Shown piece by piece: positions 1-11,588 of a stretch of DNA of 55,612 nt. Origin of the DNA: Chromera velia (lineage: Eukaryota); assembly GCA_018398765.1 (NCBI GenBank), contig JAHBMJ010000132.1, forward strand, positions 1 to 55,612, in the 5' to 3' direction. The stretch's first letter is position 1. Each line of letters starts with the position of its first letter. A program made the position numbers and the translations under genes. The notes below the pieces were generated by a model that saw only the letters and a program-made list of their open reading frames with translations, was not told where the DNA came from and made no database searches.

Positions 1-875
1 AAAATTCTTGTTGGGGAGAGATTTAGTAGGAAAACCGAAAAGACTTACATTTATTCAAAGCCCCATTTGTACCCATTTGCAGCTGGACATATAAAATTAG
101 AGATAGAAACAAAAGAAAAAAAAATATGTAAACTTACGTAATTTCAGTTATAATTTATATACCACTATGGATAATTTACCAAATTTTGAATACTTTTGAC
201 AAAAATAGATAAAGAACTTTGAAAAAAAAAAAATGATAGAACTTAAAATGGTTTGAATAGTTATGAATGGTTATGGAATAGTATAAGAACAAACTAGAAC
301 TCCTATATATGAAGATAAACACGCAAACATTAAACTTCTCTTCACTTTCATCTTTCGTGCTTAATTGAATAACGAACTCGCCACTTCTATCTTTCTGTCT
401 GTTTGCATGATAGTCTTTCCACTTTCATCGTCCAGACTCCAGATAGTCTTTTTGCAAGACGGCCCTGTGGATTAATACTAAGAGGCTTTGGTCGAGACGA
501 TTTTTTGCTGGGCCCCGGCATGCCACTGGAGCCTGTGGAAGTGGCATCCTGCATATATGCATATATATATATATATATATATGTGCATGCTTCAATGCAT
601 GCATTCGATCGATGAGGGCTCATGCAGTCATGCATGCAAAACTGCTTCAATCTTCTCCATCAGCTGATGCGTGCAGCGGTTTTCGATCAAAGACCACCCG
701 CCTTGCATGTCACTTGAGCGGGTCCTCTCATTCGCCTTGAATCAGAATCTCTACAAGAGCTTTCTCGTGCTCGGAAGTGCTGCAGGGGTCCGACGCCCTC
801 CCGTTTCATCCTGACAACTTGGACCGCTGCATGCACGTAGCGTCTGGTCCCTTTATTTTCCACCAGCGAGCTGCG

Positions 876-2192
876 ATGTCAAAGATCTGCATCATCGGGG
901 CAGGCCCCGCCGGTCTAGGCCTTGCTCTTGGATTGGCGCGCCGTGGCACTGCAGGCGAAGTGGTTGTTTACGATCGCGCTGAAAACCACAAAACCGCTCC
1001 CCGATACAACCCGGACCGCAGTTACACGATCGACATCACGGGGCACGGGGTGAGAGCCCTAGAGTACCTGGGTGTGTCCAGTCGTTTTGACAAAGAGCTG
1101 ATCAAGTTCAAGGGCATCAAGGTCCTTCCTCTGCACAAAGTGGAACCTTGGGACGGCCCTGGATGGACAGGGTCGAGGGGGGACATCTGTCGTACGTTGA
1201 TGAGCGAATGCGAGGAGAAGTTCCCGGGGAAAGTGAATTTTGTTTTCGACTCAGAAGTGGAGATTCTCGATGTCTACACAGGGAAGGTGGCCATTAAGGG
1301 GAAGTCGGGGGACATTACGAAAAAGACATTCGATTTTGTGGCGGCAAGTGATGGTGCAGGCAGTTTGGCTCGCAGCCAGGCCCTGTCGAGTGTGCCTGGG
1401 TTTGAGATTGAGAAGTCGCAGGTAAACAATTATTGCACGATGATTCACTTCGACAAGGCGACAAATGAACTAGATCCAGAGTGGCTGTACGGCTTCAGTG
1501 TGAGCCCCTTTGTGGTGGGAGGGGCCATCAATGGGGACAACGGCCCGAAAGATCCAAAATGGTTCTGTATGCTCGGGTTTGACCGCAAGAAGAAATTCAC
1601 AGATGCACAGGAAGCAAAGCAATGCATCCAGAGATGCTGCCCGAAAATTTTGAAGTACGTGTCTGAAAAGGAGATAGAGGCATTCTCGAAAAGAGAGTGT
1701 AGCCACATCGGGAGAGCAGCTGTGTGCAACAAATTCAATGCAGGGAGGGTGGTGATCATTGGGAACGCTGGCAACCCCTTCCCCCCGGTGGGGCAGGGCA
1801 TCAATGCTGCGTTGGAGTCCGCCATGGTCCTCGATCAGTGCCTGGTGGAGGCAGAGGGGGCGGGAGGGGAGGGGAAGGGTTTCTGTTGGGCAGGGGACAG
1901 ATTCACCGAGAAGTGGTTGTCTGAAGCACATGGCATCAATTGGATTGCGCAGAGACTTGAGTTTGGCAACACCTGGAAGATGGGCTTGGTTGTCACTGCA
2001 GCCCTCTTGGGGTTCAGTGTGCTGACCGACGCCAAAAAGTCCACAATGAAATGGTCAGAGGTGGCCAGGGCAGCCAAGGGACGTCAGAAGCTGCTGTTCA
2101 AAAGTGGGTACGCTCTGCTGGGGGCTGCCGCCTTGGGAGCTGCGTTTTTGGGCGGGTACAAGCTTGGTCATTTCATGTGGGGGTCCAAATGA
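876..2192 (+). CDS. FAD-dependent monooxygenase (class A flavoprotein aromatic hydroxylase, kynurenine 3-monooxygenase-like), intronless, 438 aa, C-terminal membrane anchor
   Basis: ATG at 876 starts MSKICIIGAGPAGLGLALGLARRG, a GxGxxG Rossmann motif. Also RSYTIDITGHGVRAL (KMO-like RSxxxxxxxxGxxAL), the DG motif FVAASDGAGS, and the second FAD motif IIGNAGNPFPPVGQGINAALES (canonical GDAAH..P..GQG.N). Hydrophobic C-terminal helices follow. Confidence 0.88.
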   Translation: MSKICIIGAGPAGLGLALGLARRGTAGEVVVYDRAENHKTAPRYNPDRSYTIDITGHGVRALEYLGVSSRFDKELIKFKGIKVLPLHKVEPWDGPGWTGSRGDICRTLMSECEEKFPGKVNFVFDSEVEILDVYTGKVAIKGKSGDITKKTFDFVAASDGAGSLARSQALSSVPGFEIEKSQVNNYCTMIHFDKATNELDPEWLYGFSVSPFVVGGAINGDNGPKDPKWFCMLGFDRKKKFTDAQEAKQCIQRCCPKILKYVSEKEIEAFSKRECSHIGRAAVCNKFNAGRVVIIGNAGNPFPPVGQGINAALESAMVLDQCLVEAEGAGGEGKGFCWAGDRFTEKWLSEAHGINWIAQRLEFGNTWKMGLVVTAALLGFSVLTDAKKSTMKWSEVARAAKGRQKLLFKSGYALLGAAALGAAFLGGYKLGHFMWGSK

Positions 2193-4571
2193 AAGAAAAA
2201 CCAATGGAAACAGAGGGGGCAATTGGGGTGGGCAAGGCAATTAGGCTCTCGGAAAGAAAGAGAAAGAGAAAAATGGATTCATTCAAAATGCATATCCGAA
2301 AGGTGCCGAGAAATCTCCCAAAAAAGTGGAGGGCACTGCATTGCTCTAAGCATCGCTCCGTGTCGGTGGGTGTGCGCACACCCATCATCATACCTCAGTC
2401 CCGATCGACACAAACGCGTTCACCGTGCATAACCCGTCTTCTTCAGACAGTGACCTCTGCCCGCATACGCACGTGAAGAAGCTAGAGGCTTCCGGTTCAA
2501 TGCCCATGCATGCATACAGTTTTGATCGATCTCTACTGCCTGTTTAGTAGCCCCCCTGGCACTGTGTCTAATATCCTTCATCATGTGTACTAAGAAAATC
2601 GTTGAAAAATTCCGGCCATTTCGGGTCCAGACATGATTGAAAAGCTGGGTCCCATATTGCATGCATGCATGGATAGGGGATCCAAATGTGTAATTGCGGG
2701 GGGAAATGTGCTTTGTCACGTTTTCTTTCCTAGGTTCATTCATTCAATGCCATTCATTCATCCATCGATTCATTCATTCATTCATTCATTCATTCAGACG
2801 CATTCATTGGGACGCATTCATGCATTTGTTTATTAAAGACAATTAATTCAGATTTTCTAAAGAAAAAAAAACAGTAGTATCCACTGCCAGGACTCCGGTC
2901 CAGGAGCACCTAAGCATGCACCTCAAGTGATCTCATCTTTTGTGTTTGCAAATGTGTACATATGCTAGCAGTTAACTTCATAATAAGCTTTAACTCTTCT
3001 ATGATTGTCATTAATTAAGCCGTATTTAAAAATACAAAAAGCTTAGAAATTTGGAATCTATAGCTTAAGATTTCGTACTAAAAGTGTTATTGAATGAAGA
3101 ATTTCTTGAATTAATCGTGACTAATCGTGACCCTAAACATGGACCACTGCATACCAGTGGTTAGTTTGAGTTTCGAACTCTTTACAGTTAGCTTTCAAAT
3201 TATTAAAAAACAAATGATTAAAAAAATTGGCTATGCAGAATTTATTTCTCAATTAATTATATCTAAATTGAGGCGGTTAAAGCCGGTGAGCCACCACTTA
3301 GGCTCTGGCCAACCATGGAGCATGACATGCAATGTTGGTTTGTTGACCTAGCGCATTGATCCATTAACACATGTCAATACGAACTCTCTCCACTTGGCTA
3401 TATACACTCCTCAACCGCCCTCATGCCCACCAGAGGCTGGAACAATGAAATAAGAGCGATCATCTCTCGGACTTTCTTTTCATTCTCCCCCACTCCTCTA
3501 CCAGCTGAGGCAGCCACCCATTGCGCAATTTCCACCCGTTTCTCAATGAGCGTGCGCTCCTTTATTCTACTGATGATTTCGTCAAGCTTCTGTCTTTCCC
3601 TCTCTGTGTCTAGCTGTTTCAAATTGATAGACGTTCTAGTAAACGTTATATTATTTTTTTGCTATAGCATTCAATATCAATATACACAAACGTGTGGATC
3701 AACTATGATCAACTATAGATCAACTTTAGCTTAGATACTTTAAGATTCCCTTCTATGTACCTTCAATGTTTAACTAGAATGCTTGCCAGTAAGTATTTGA
3801 AGTATAGCTTGAAATAGGCTAATAACCTAGCTAATAACGAAGGCGTACAATGATGATGATAAAACAATATTAGACCGGTATATAGAATTACATGCAGTAA
3901 GCTTTATAAAAAAACTAAGAGCTTTTATGCAGGATGCGTGTTTGTCGTAATCACTGCAAGAGTTATTCAGTATTCAAGTTCTTATTCTTAATTTTTCTTA
4001 CTTACTTTCTGATTTTTGAAGTCCTCATTCATTCCTCCCTCCTTTCTCTGTTATCAAACTTTGTTGTTGTACGCCGCTAGAAGAACAGCGAACTATTTTT
4101 TTGTTGGTCTTAATCTCTTTTCTGTAGCGACAAAGAGGCTGACAATGAGTAAATCTTTCAGGGGCATATGTGTGTGAAGCTGATTGTTTTAAATTTTCTC
4201 CGTTTCTACTTTTGTCTTTCTCCTTTTTTCCTTAATCCGACAGGAAGGCCACCAATCTCTTTGCGACCGATCGAATCCCTCGATTGCCTTTCCCCCCTTC
4301 GCCCTCCCCAACGATTTTTGACTTAAGCAAGAAGTCTTTAGATCGCACAAATTTAGGATAGCACTCTCACCTGCAGACTTCAAACTTCTTTCTCACTCAG
4401 TCCCTCCTTCATTTGTTTTTTCAGGGACTCAGGCCGATCTCTGTATGGAATGCTGCTCTGCATGTCTGAGTGAGCTGACAGGCAGTGACAGCCAAGAGAC
4501 ATCTTACTCCATTTCCCTCTTCCTCTTCAAAGCTCCGCTCCCTCTTTCTTCTTTCCTTTCTTCTTTTCTCT

Positions 4572-6289
4572 TCACGGAGTGCCTGGCGCTGAATAAGCCA
4601 GGTCCTGAATTTTCTTGTACGTGTCTGCTTCTGTCGGTGTGAATACCTTCAGAGTCGCTCCTTTGTCCCCTGTGCTCTCTGCAAATTTGGCACCGATGTC
4701 AACCATCCCCTTGGTTGCAGTCTTTCCGAAGAGGTCGAAGACCACACCCCTGGTGAGGTTCGGAATGATGTAGAAGTTCGTGGCGGAAGGGAGGGCTTTG
4801 GATTTTACGTTGGCACCGATGCCTACGACAGTGGAGAACACGCAGAAGTCATAGGCGAGGCCGGTAACGAAAATCTTTCTAGTATTGTCTTCTTTCATTT
4901 TGTCCTTCAACCACTGCAACAGGCCTGAGTCCTCCTTCATGCTCGCTTCCTCTGCCTTGCACTCCTCATGAAGGAATTTGTGCTCGACTGTCATGGTCAT
5001 TTCTGTCTTAAACTCTCTGTTTGCGGGATTGTTGGCAGGTTTCTTCTTCGCACTGATACAGGCTCTGCCTCCCAGGCCTGAAAAGGACTCAACGATTTCA
5101 TCTGTCCCCTTATGGAACTTGGCTGCTCCCGGCAATTCGTCCATTGACAGCTTTCCCCCGAAAGTATCCTTGACGCAATGACGGGGCCAGAAGTACGGCT
5201 GCATGTTGGCAAGGGTGATCTCTTCCGCTCCTGTGGTCCATTTTTCTTGGCCTTCTATCTTTTTCAGTTTGGTCGGCATGGCAAGCCCACCACCGTCCTG
5301 CTTCGGCTTTGTGTAGTAGTCAGGAACCACGTATTGGTCTCCCCTAAACAGGGTCCGCCCACTCTTTTTGGGATTTGCAAACGAGATGTGGTGAGATGGG
5401 TGCACGTCGAGTGTGTAGGCAACGTTACCGGCATGCCCCTCCCAATTCTTTTGGAAAGTCTCCAGCTGGCCCACCATCGTGCGTGAGCCTGAGACTGCCA
5501 GAGTCGGACCTTCCTTCTCCTCGTCCTTCCATTTCGCCTGATTGGCGTCTTGGAGGTAGTTTTGGGCAGTGCAGCCACTGCTGGTGATGAAGTCGGCGTC
5601 TTCCTGCTTCTTGGGGTCTGGGTAGGTGAAGCAGTTCTGGACGTCGATAATGACCAAGAGGTCCTTCGAGGGATTGACCGTGATCTCCTCTCCGGAAGCA
5701 GTCACCTGCTTCTCATCCTGCATGCTCACAAACATGCATATACATACATATATATTCATGCAAGTCCATGCCAGGGTGTACAAGGACACCGACCGATACA
5801 CAGAGCAGGTGAAGTGGCTGAAAGACGAAGAGGCAGACGGGCATTGCAGCAAACACTCAGCGGTCCTTACTGTCTAAATGATTGGGGAACGTGCATTTCC
5901 AGTTACGAAGCCTCGAGCCCCCACGCGCACATATCCACACAGACATGCACATATTCGGAGACACTGGAGACGTGACGATTTGAGCTAAGGAAAGGAAAGG
6001 ATCCATGTCGAATGAAGCACCTACTCATCTTCTCATGCCGGTTCTCACGATTACAGAGTCTCCGCACTGCCTTTAGTAAGGAAGCCGATCAAGTATCAGA
6101 CCGGAATATATATGTGTATGCAGGCTTTTCAATGTACATCTGTATCGGTTCAAACTCTCAGAAGAGTCATCAAATCAACTTCACGCAATCGCATGAAACA
6201 AAAGGTCAGTGACTTACCCGTCTGAACTGGAAGGCTTCAGCTCCTGCGAAGAGAATGGCGGCAACGACTGCGAGGATGCGGGTACCCAT
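4572..6289 (-). CDS. Nicotinamidase/pyrazinamidase (isochorismatase-like cysteine hydrolase) with N-terminal signal peptide; 2 exons, ~405 aa
   Basis: Exon 1 (6289-6218) encodes MGTRILAVVAAILFAGAEAFQFRR, then donor GTAAGT in phase 0. Exon 2 (5717-4572) follows tgcag in phase 0. Motifs: LLVIIDVQNCF (catalytic Asp), LDVHPSHHISF and FWPRHCV (metal ligands), FHKGTDEIVESFSG (catalytic Lys), VTGLAYDFCV (catalytic Cys). Confidence 0.88.
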
Positions 6290-7340
6290 TGCGGCAAGTC
6301 GAGTCGTCTGGGTCAATTCACGTTGTCCGTCTCTCAGTCTGAGTTCTAAGGGATATAAATATACGTCTGACGGGGCTAACTGAGATACACCTGGACACGC
6401 TGGAAAAAAACAAGGGGGATAAGGAGGTGGGCTTGGACAAAAGAGAATCGTTCTTTTGGAGCTAGACAGTACCGTTTTAGGTCTGAATCAGGCAAGTGGA
6501 AGAACGATCGATTAATTCATCGACGCATGCATGGATCGACTCATGTATATATACGTGCATGCAAATTAATTCTTAATCTGTCATGCAGTCAGTCTCATGC
6601 AGTATATATAAGCTGGTCTTTAGCGGTGGAGTTAAAAAGGTGAGTGCCTTGAAATGCTTCGCGAACAACCTCGAAAGTGAGTGCCCTGACTTTAATGTCG
6701 CAATATGATTTTCTTTTTTTCCCCAATTTATTCAGAATATATTCCGTCCCCCCCAAGCTGCCGTACGAGTCTTTAGAAAAATTCAGAAAAAATGTTGCAC
6801 TTTTAGCGGAAAGTCGCGCACTTGAGTAAAGGAGCCGAATTAAGTTGCTTAGTTGCTTACTGCCACTGAGCTGCCAAACTGACTTCCGCGCGCAAGGCGC
6901 GCGAACTGACTTATTCTATTAATAGTATATAACAAAATTAAATTTGTTCGCGCGTCTTCGCGCGCGAAAGTAAGTGCGATCGCGAAGGTTTGTGTGACAC
7001 AAATACCCGGCACACAGGCGCACCCCACAAAACAGACCAACACTAACTATGCATACTAGTGGGGGGGCTAGCCATGTTTGGTGTACCCGGCGCACAGGCG
7101 CACCCCAACCAAACTATCAACTATAAACCCCAACCAAACTATAAATTATAAACAAACCATAACGCACTCGACCATAAACTACAGACCATAATGTGTGTAC
7201 TCGGACGGCAGCTCAGGCCCTGGGGAATATATCGGTAATGCCCAATTAAGTTTTGAAGCTAAATTTCTAGACTGAACCAAACGCTATTTATAAACGATAT
7301 ATCAATAATTGAAATACATTTGTTTCAAAAAAATAAAATC

Positions 7341-8283
7341 CTAGGCGTGGTTTTTAGATAGATTTTATGTTAAATTAAATTTTTTACCTCCCTAAATCTA
7401 ATATAATGATCTATCTAAAAAATCTAAAACGCAAAATTATGCAAAGTGAACTTTTAGATTAGATTATCCTATGATCTAACACTAAATTAAGTGTTCTATA
7501 TAATATTTTAGATTAAATTAGTTTTTTAAATGATTCAAATTGATTCTACTTCATCATTTATGAAGACTCACAGGTTTTTGTTCCTAGTTCTGTTCACTCT
7601 TCTGCTGAATCAGAGTCAAATAACACATGACGTTCTGCGGAGGCAGCCCACGGGCCGATGGTGCTCAGCAGCTGCAGCCACTCCCTGTACTGGTGAATCC
7701 TGTACAAGAATGGGGGACTGCTGGGACCTAGGGTGAGACACTGTCCTTAGCACTGTCTTCTTTAGGGTTGCCAACCAAGGCTCGAGCTCCAGCTCTACAT
7801 GTAGAAACGTTCACACCGTTAAGCTTGCTCTCATTAAGATCATTCAAACAGCAAGTGGCACAAGACTTAACGCTCCTGCACAACTTATTGTACATAACAA
7901 AAATATTAAGATTAGTTTAAACTAGTTTAGATTAGTTAAATTAGTTCAGGGTTGTTTTTTCCTCCGGCTTTGACCCTTTATGGCTGGCTATAGCCGGCCG
8001 GCCGGCCAAAGACGTTACTTACATAGTGGTCATGGCCGAAAAAAATAAGGAAAAAATGATCTCAAAAAAAAAAAAAATTTGTCTGCGGCGCTTGACCCCC
8101 TATATACCATAAAACGCTTTTAAAACAATTTTTAAGCATCTTTCAAAAAAAAAAAAGACAGCTAGAGAGACAGGAGGCTCCAATCTAGAAATTAAGTGTT
8201 TTTTAAATAACAGGACTCTAACTTAGATAGATTTTTTTTTTTGAATCTCTAATATGTATAATCTATCTAGCAACCACGCCTAG
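7341..8283. mobile_element. Non-autonomous TIR DNA transposon (hAT-like, 8-bp TSD), 943 bp
   Basis: Left end ctaggcgtggtttttagatagatt and right end aatctatctagcaaccacgcctag form an imperfect ~23-bp TIR. Flanks ataaaatc (7333-7340) and agaaaatc (8284-8291) are 7/8 identical. Confidence 0.7.
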
Positions 8284-8410
8284 AGAAAATCGGATAAAAA
8301 GTCAAAAACATATATATATATAGAGATATTTTGAAACACTCACATTAGGAATAAACAAAGTTCAACAAATTAACAATGTTAGGTAATAAAAGGTTTATTG
8401 GTATAAAGTC

Positions 8411-9600
8411 CTAGGCGACCACTACAAAAAAAAAAAAAGTCAAAATCTCATTTTTTGTTTTCTTTTTTTTTTTTGAAAGCTCTGCATATGCATGATTATG
8501 TTGCACGCCATGGCCAGCGGCCCGTATAGGCACTCGATTGAGTCTCCGCTGCAGGATCCCCGTACGCCGTACGCTGCGCATACATGCAAACCGGCCAGTT
8601 ACATGTGTGCGTCCTCAGCCGGCAACTTTGCTCAAATTCAGTCGAACGTCTGCAGCGGTTTGTCTGACCTTATGGCCTTTTTACCTCAAACACCAGTTCT
8701 TTCCTTTTGACCTTACTTTTGACCTTGCAGTTCTCTTCCTCTGGAGAGTTTTTTTTGAAGAGTTCGGGAAAGATGCAGAAGTCTCCTCCTAGCTGCAGAG
8801 CTGCAGCCGCTACCCCCAAAGAAAGAGAACGCAAAAGAAAGATAAGTAAGAGGCTGGAAAGGAAGGCCCTGGGACGGCAACTCAGAGGAATGAGATTAAC
8901 TCTGGAGGAGAAACCCTAAAAAGCATAAGGAGGAAGCGAAGAGACCCCCACGGAGACGCATTTCTCTTACCATTCTCTGTTATCTTTCCCACTAGCTTCT
9001 TTAGTTTTTCATGTTCCTCATCTCGGAGTCCTCCTCCAAGACATGAAGAAGGAGGAAGGAAACGAAAATCGAGCTACAGGAAAAATGATTAATGAATATT
9101 AATGATAACGCAGCGGAGAGTTGGCAAGGAATTAGACGACACATTCTTCCCACCAGCGTGTCTTTTCTTCCCTGGTCCTTCATATCTTTGGGAGCAGGAG
9201 GCACAGGAGGAGGGGCTAGGGGCGGTCAGGGGCATGACAGTATCTTGGATGCAAATCTGGGTGGGAGGCTAGGCGAGGGACAGGTAGGGGAGCGACTTAG
9301 GGAAGGGAAGAAGAGCAGTGTCTATTGTACTTCACTGGGTACTAGACTAGGCGCGCTGTCTCTTTTATTTCTCTCTTTCTTCTGCATGTTTATTGTTGCC
9401 CGTTTTTTGACTTAACCTAGGCTAGAACCTCGGTCTTAATACGTCATTAACTTTTGGACTGACTTAGAGACTAAGTGAAATCATGTCAGTGTTGAGCTAG
9501 ATGTTGACTTCAATTTTTTTTGTTAGCGTGAACACGTTTAGAAACAAAAAAAAAACTGAATGGGGTAAATGCTCTTTTTTTTTATATATTGGTCGCCTAG
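8411..9600. mobile_element. Non-autonomous TIR DNA transposon (hAT-like, 8-bp TSD), 1190 bp
   Basis: 11-bp TIR ctaggcgacca / tggtcgcctag; perfect TSD ataaagtc at 8403-8410 and 9601-9608. Confidence 0.85.
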
Positions 9601-11548
9601 ATAAAGTCTCACCTAACAGTTTATAACAATAGATCATAGATGTATTTTTAAATATTTTTCTATAAAAGTAACACTTCATTTTTTATAAATTGATCACTAC
9701 ATTGATTTATTAGAGACATACACAATCTAGTAGAGCCATGTGGGTCTGTCGCCACCACCGCAAGCAACGCCGCCATCGGCCTGCACCGCCGCGCCGCCAT
9801 ACATGCGTTTCCATACATTTTATTTCTGTATGCATTTTATTTTAGTTTCATCTTGGCGGTGATTCAAATCGATAAATCGACATCAGGAGGTTTCAGTTCA
9901 GACTTTTAGACTGACAGACTTTCTATACACGAGTATGTTGTCCAAGCTAAGGGGCTCTATGATCCTGAGCTCGATAATGGCATAGCTAATATACGTCCGT
10001 ATGACCTATACTTTGCTTATCTAATCTTAAATGATAATTTATCGACTAGTTTATCGATTTGAATATAAAGACTGGGCTAAACAATTCATGCTGTTTGCGC
10101 TATCTATTATTATATTATTGACATACATGAACAGATTTTATTATAATATGAACAAATTCAAAAATATTGAAGTACTCCCCAGTGCTAGCCCCAGTGTTAC
10201 TCCATCCAGGGGTGAAAGTCCCCTGGCATGCACTGCAACGTGCACAATCCTCATATTTTTTTTAGAAAGTTTGGGGGTTGAAAAGCGGAACAAAGCGTGG
10301 CCAGCAGCATTGAGGTGCATTTGAACACATCAATTATCGTCTCCATCCGAGTCCAAGCGGTCAGTGGAGCAAAAATTTATGGGTTGAGCCAGGGATTGAG
10401 GGTCGCTACCGGCAAGGTGCGTGCTCACTGTATGTTCCAATGTTTTCCGTGCGGAAGGAGGAGATAAAAAGTTTTGGAGAACAGTTTTGGGCAAAGGAGG
10501 CAGACAAGCATATCAAATGAGAGAAGAGGAAGAAAGAAATTGAAAATAGTTTCGGGGCCAGAGTAGGAAAGGAAGAACTTCTTTTTTAGTATGCTTACAA
10601 CTCCTTCAACTTCTGCAGTTTGACTTCTCTTGAACAATTCCTTAAACCGTCTTTGAGGTGAGGCGAACGGTGTATGGTCAACCAACCAACGTGCATCCAT
10701 CAAGGATTGTATGCCCGGGGACCTCTTTCAAGAGGTGCCGCTGAGTAAACAACAAGACTGTCTGTTCTTTCTCTCTCTCCCTTTTTCTCTTTCTGTCTCT
10801 CTTTCTTTCTATGGGCGGATTGCTTTGAATGGCGCATGAGAGTGGAGGGAGGTGGCCTCTTTCTATTCTCTCTCTCTGTTCATTCCACTGACTGCAGTGC
10901 CCTTCTTTCTTTCTTTCTTTCTAGTAGGGAAAAATTTATTCAGACGGACAGTTTTCCTTCATCCGTTTCCTTCTCTAGCTGTCTGCAGGTGTTTTTTGAG
11001 GATTTCTTTTGCGTTAACTACCCTTTGACTGCCCTTTTGAAAAAATCATTTTGCATACATGCATGCATACATGCATGCATGCATGCATGCAAGAGATGGA
11101 ATTCATGAAGGGAGAAGGCGGGCAGAATATGAGAGCAAAAGAAGAAGGCAAGAGGTGAAGGGAAGGAACAGAAGACTGAGTTTAATAGGCATACTGACAG
11201 AAAGGAAAAGGGGGAAAGAGGGTGGCGTGTTGGTGAGCATTGACGAATTATCTCCTTTTCGCATGTATTTCTCAACTGGTGTTTGACGATGGTAGCTCCA
11301 TTCTGCACTCTTTGTTTCTGGACTCCAGTCTTACACAAGCAGATGCACGCCCATACCGAGGAAGAGAAGTGAGCGCTTGTCGACTCAGCGACGTTTTGGC
11401 GTCTGTTCTCACACGCGGTGGACAAATTTCTTTCACAGTTAATTCCTGGGGAACAAACGAAGGAAGGAGAGACGGGAGGGACGGGAGGAAGGAAAGAAGG
11501 AAGAAAGAAAGGGAGGAAGGAAGGAAAAAAAAATAGAAGTATCAAAAA

Positions 11549-11588
<40 letters not shown>

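Noticed and set aside
777..875. N-terminal extension of the monooxygenase from the GTG start in the ORF track
   Set aside because: Eukaryotic gene; ATG 876 sits immediately before the Rossmann motif. An in-frame ATG at 831 cannot be excluded but has no support.
3270..3625. Possible coding remnant on the minus strand (KLDEIISRIKERTLIEKRVEIAQW)
   Set aside because: Short, interrupted and in AT-rich DNA with no assignable family or element ends. Probably decayed transposon sequence.
5718..5852. 5' part of the 426-aa ORF as the nicotinamidase N-terminus
   Set aside because: Reads as intron (TATG/TGTA repeats ending in tgcag); the upstream signal-peptide exon fits in phase.
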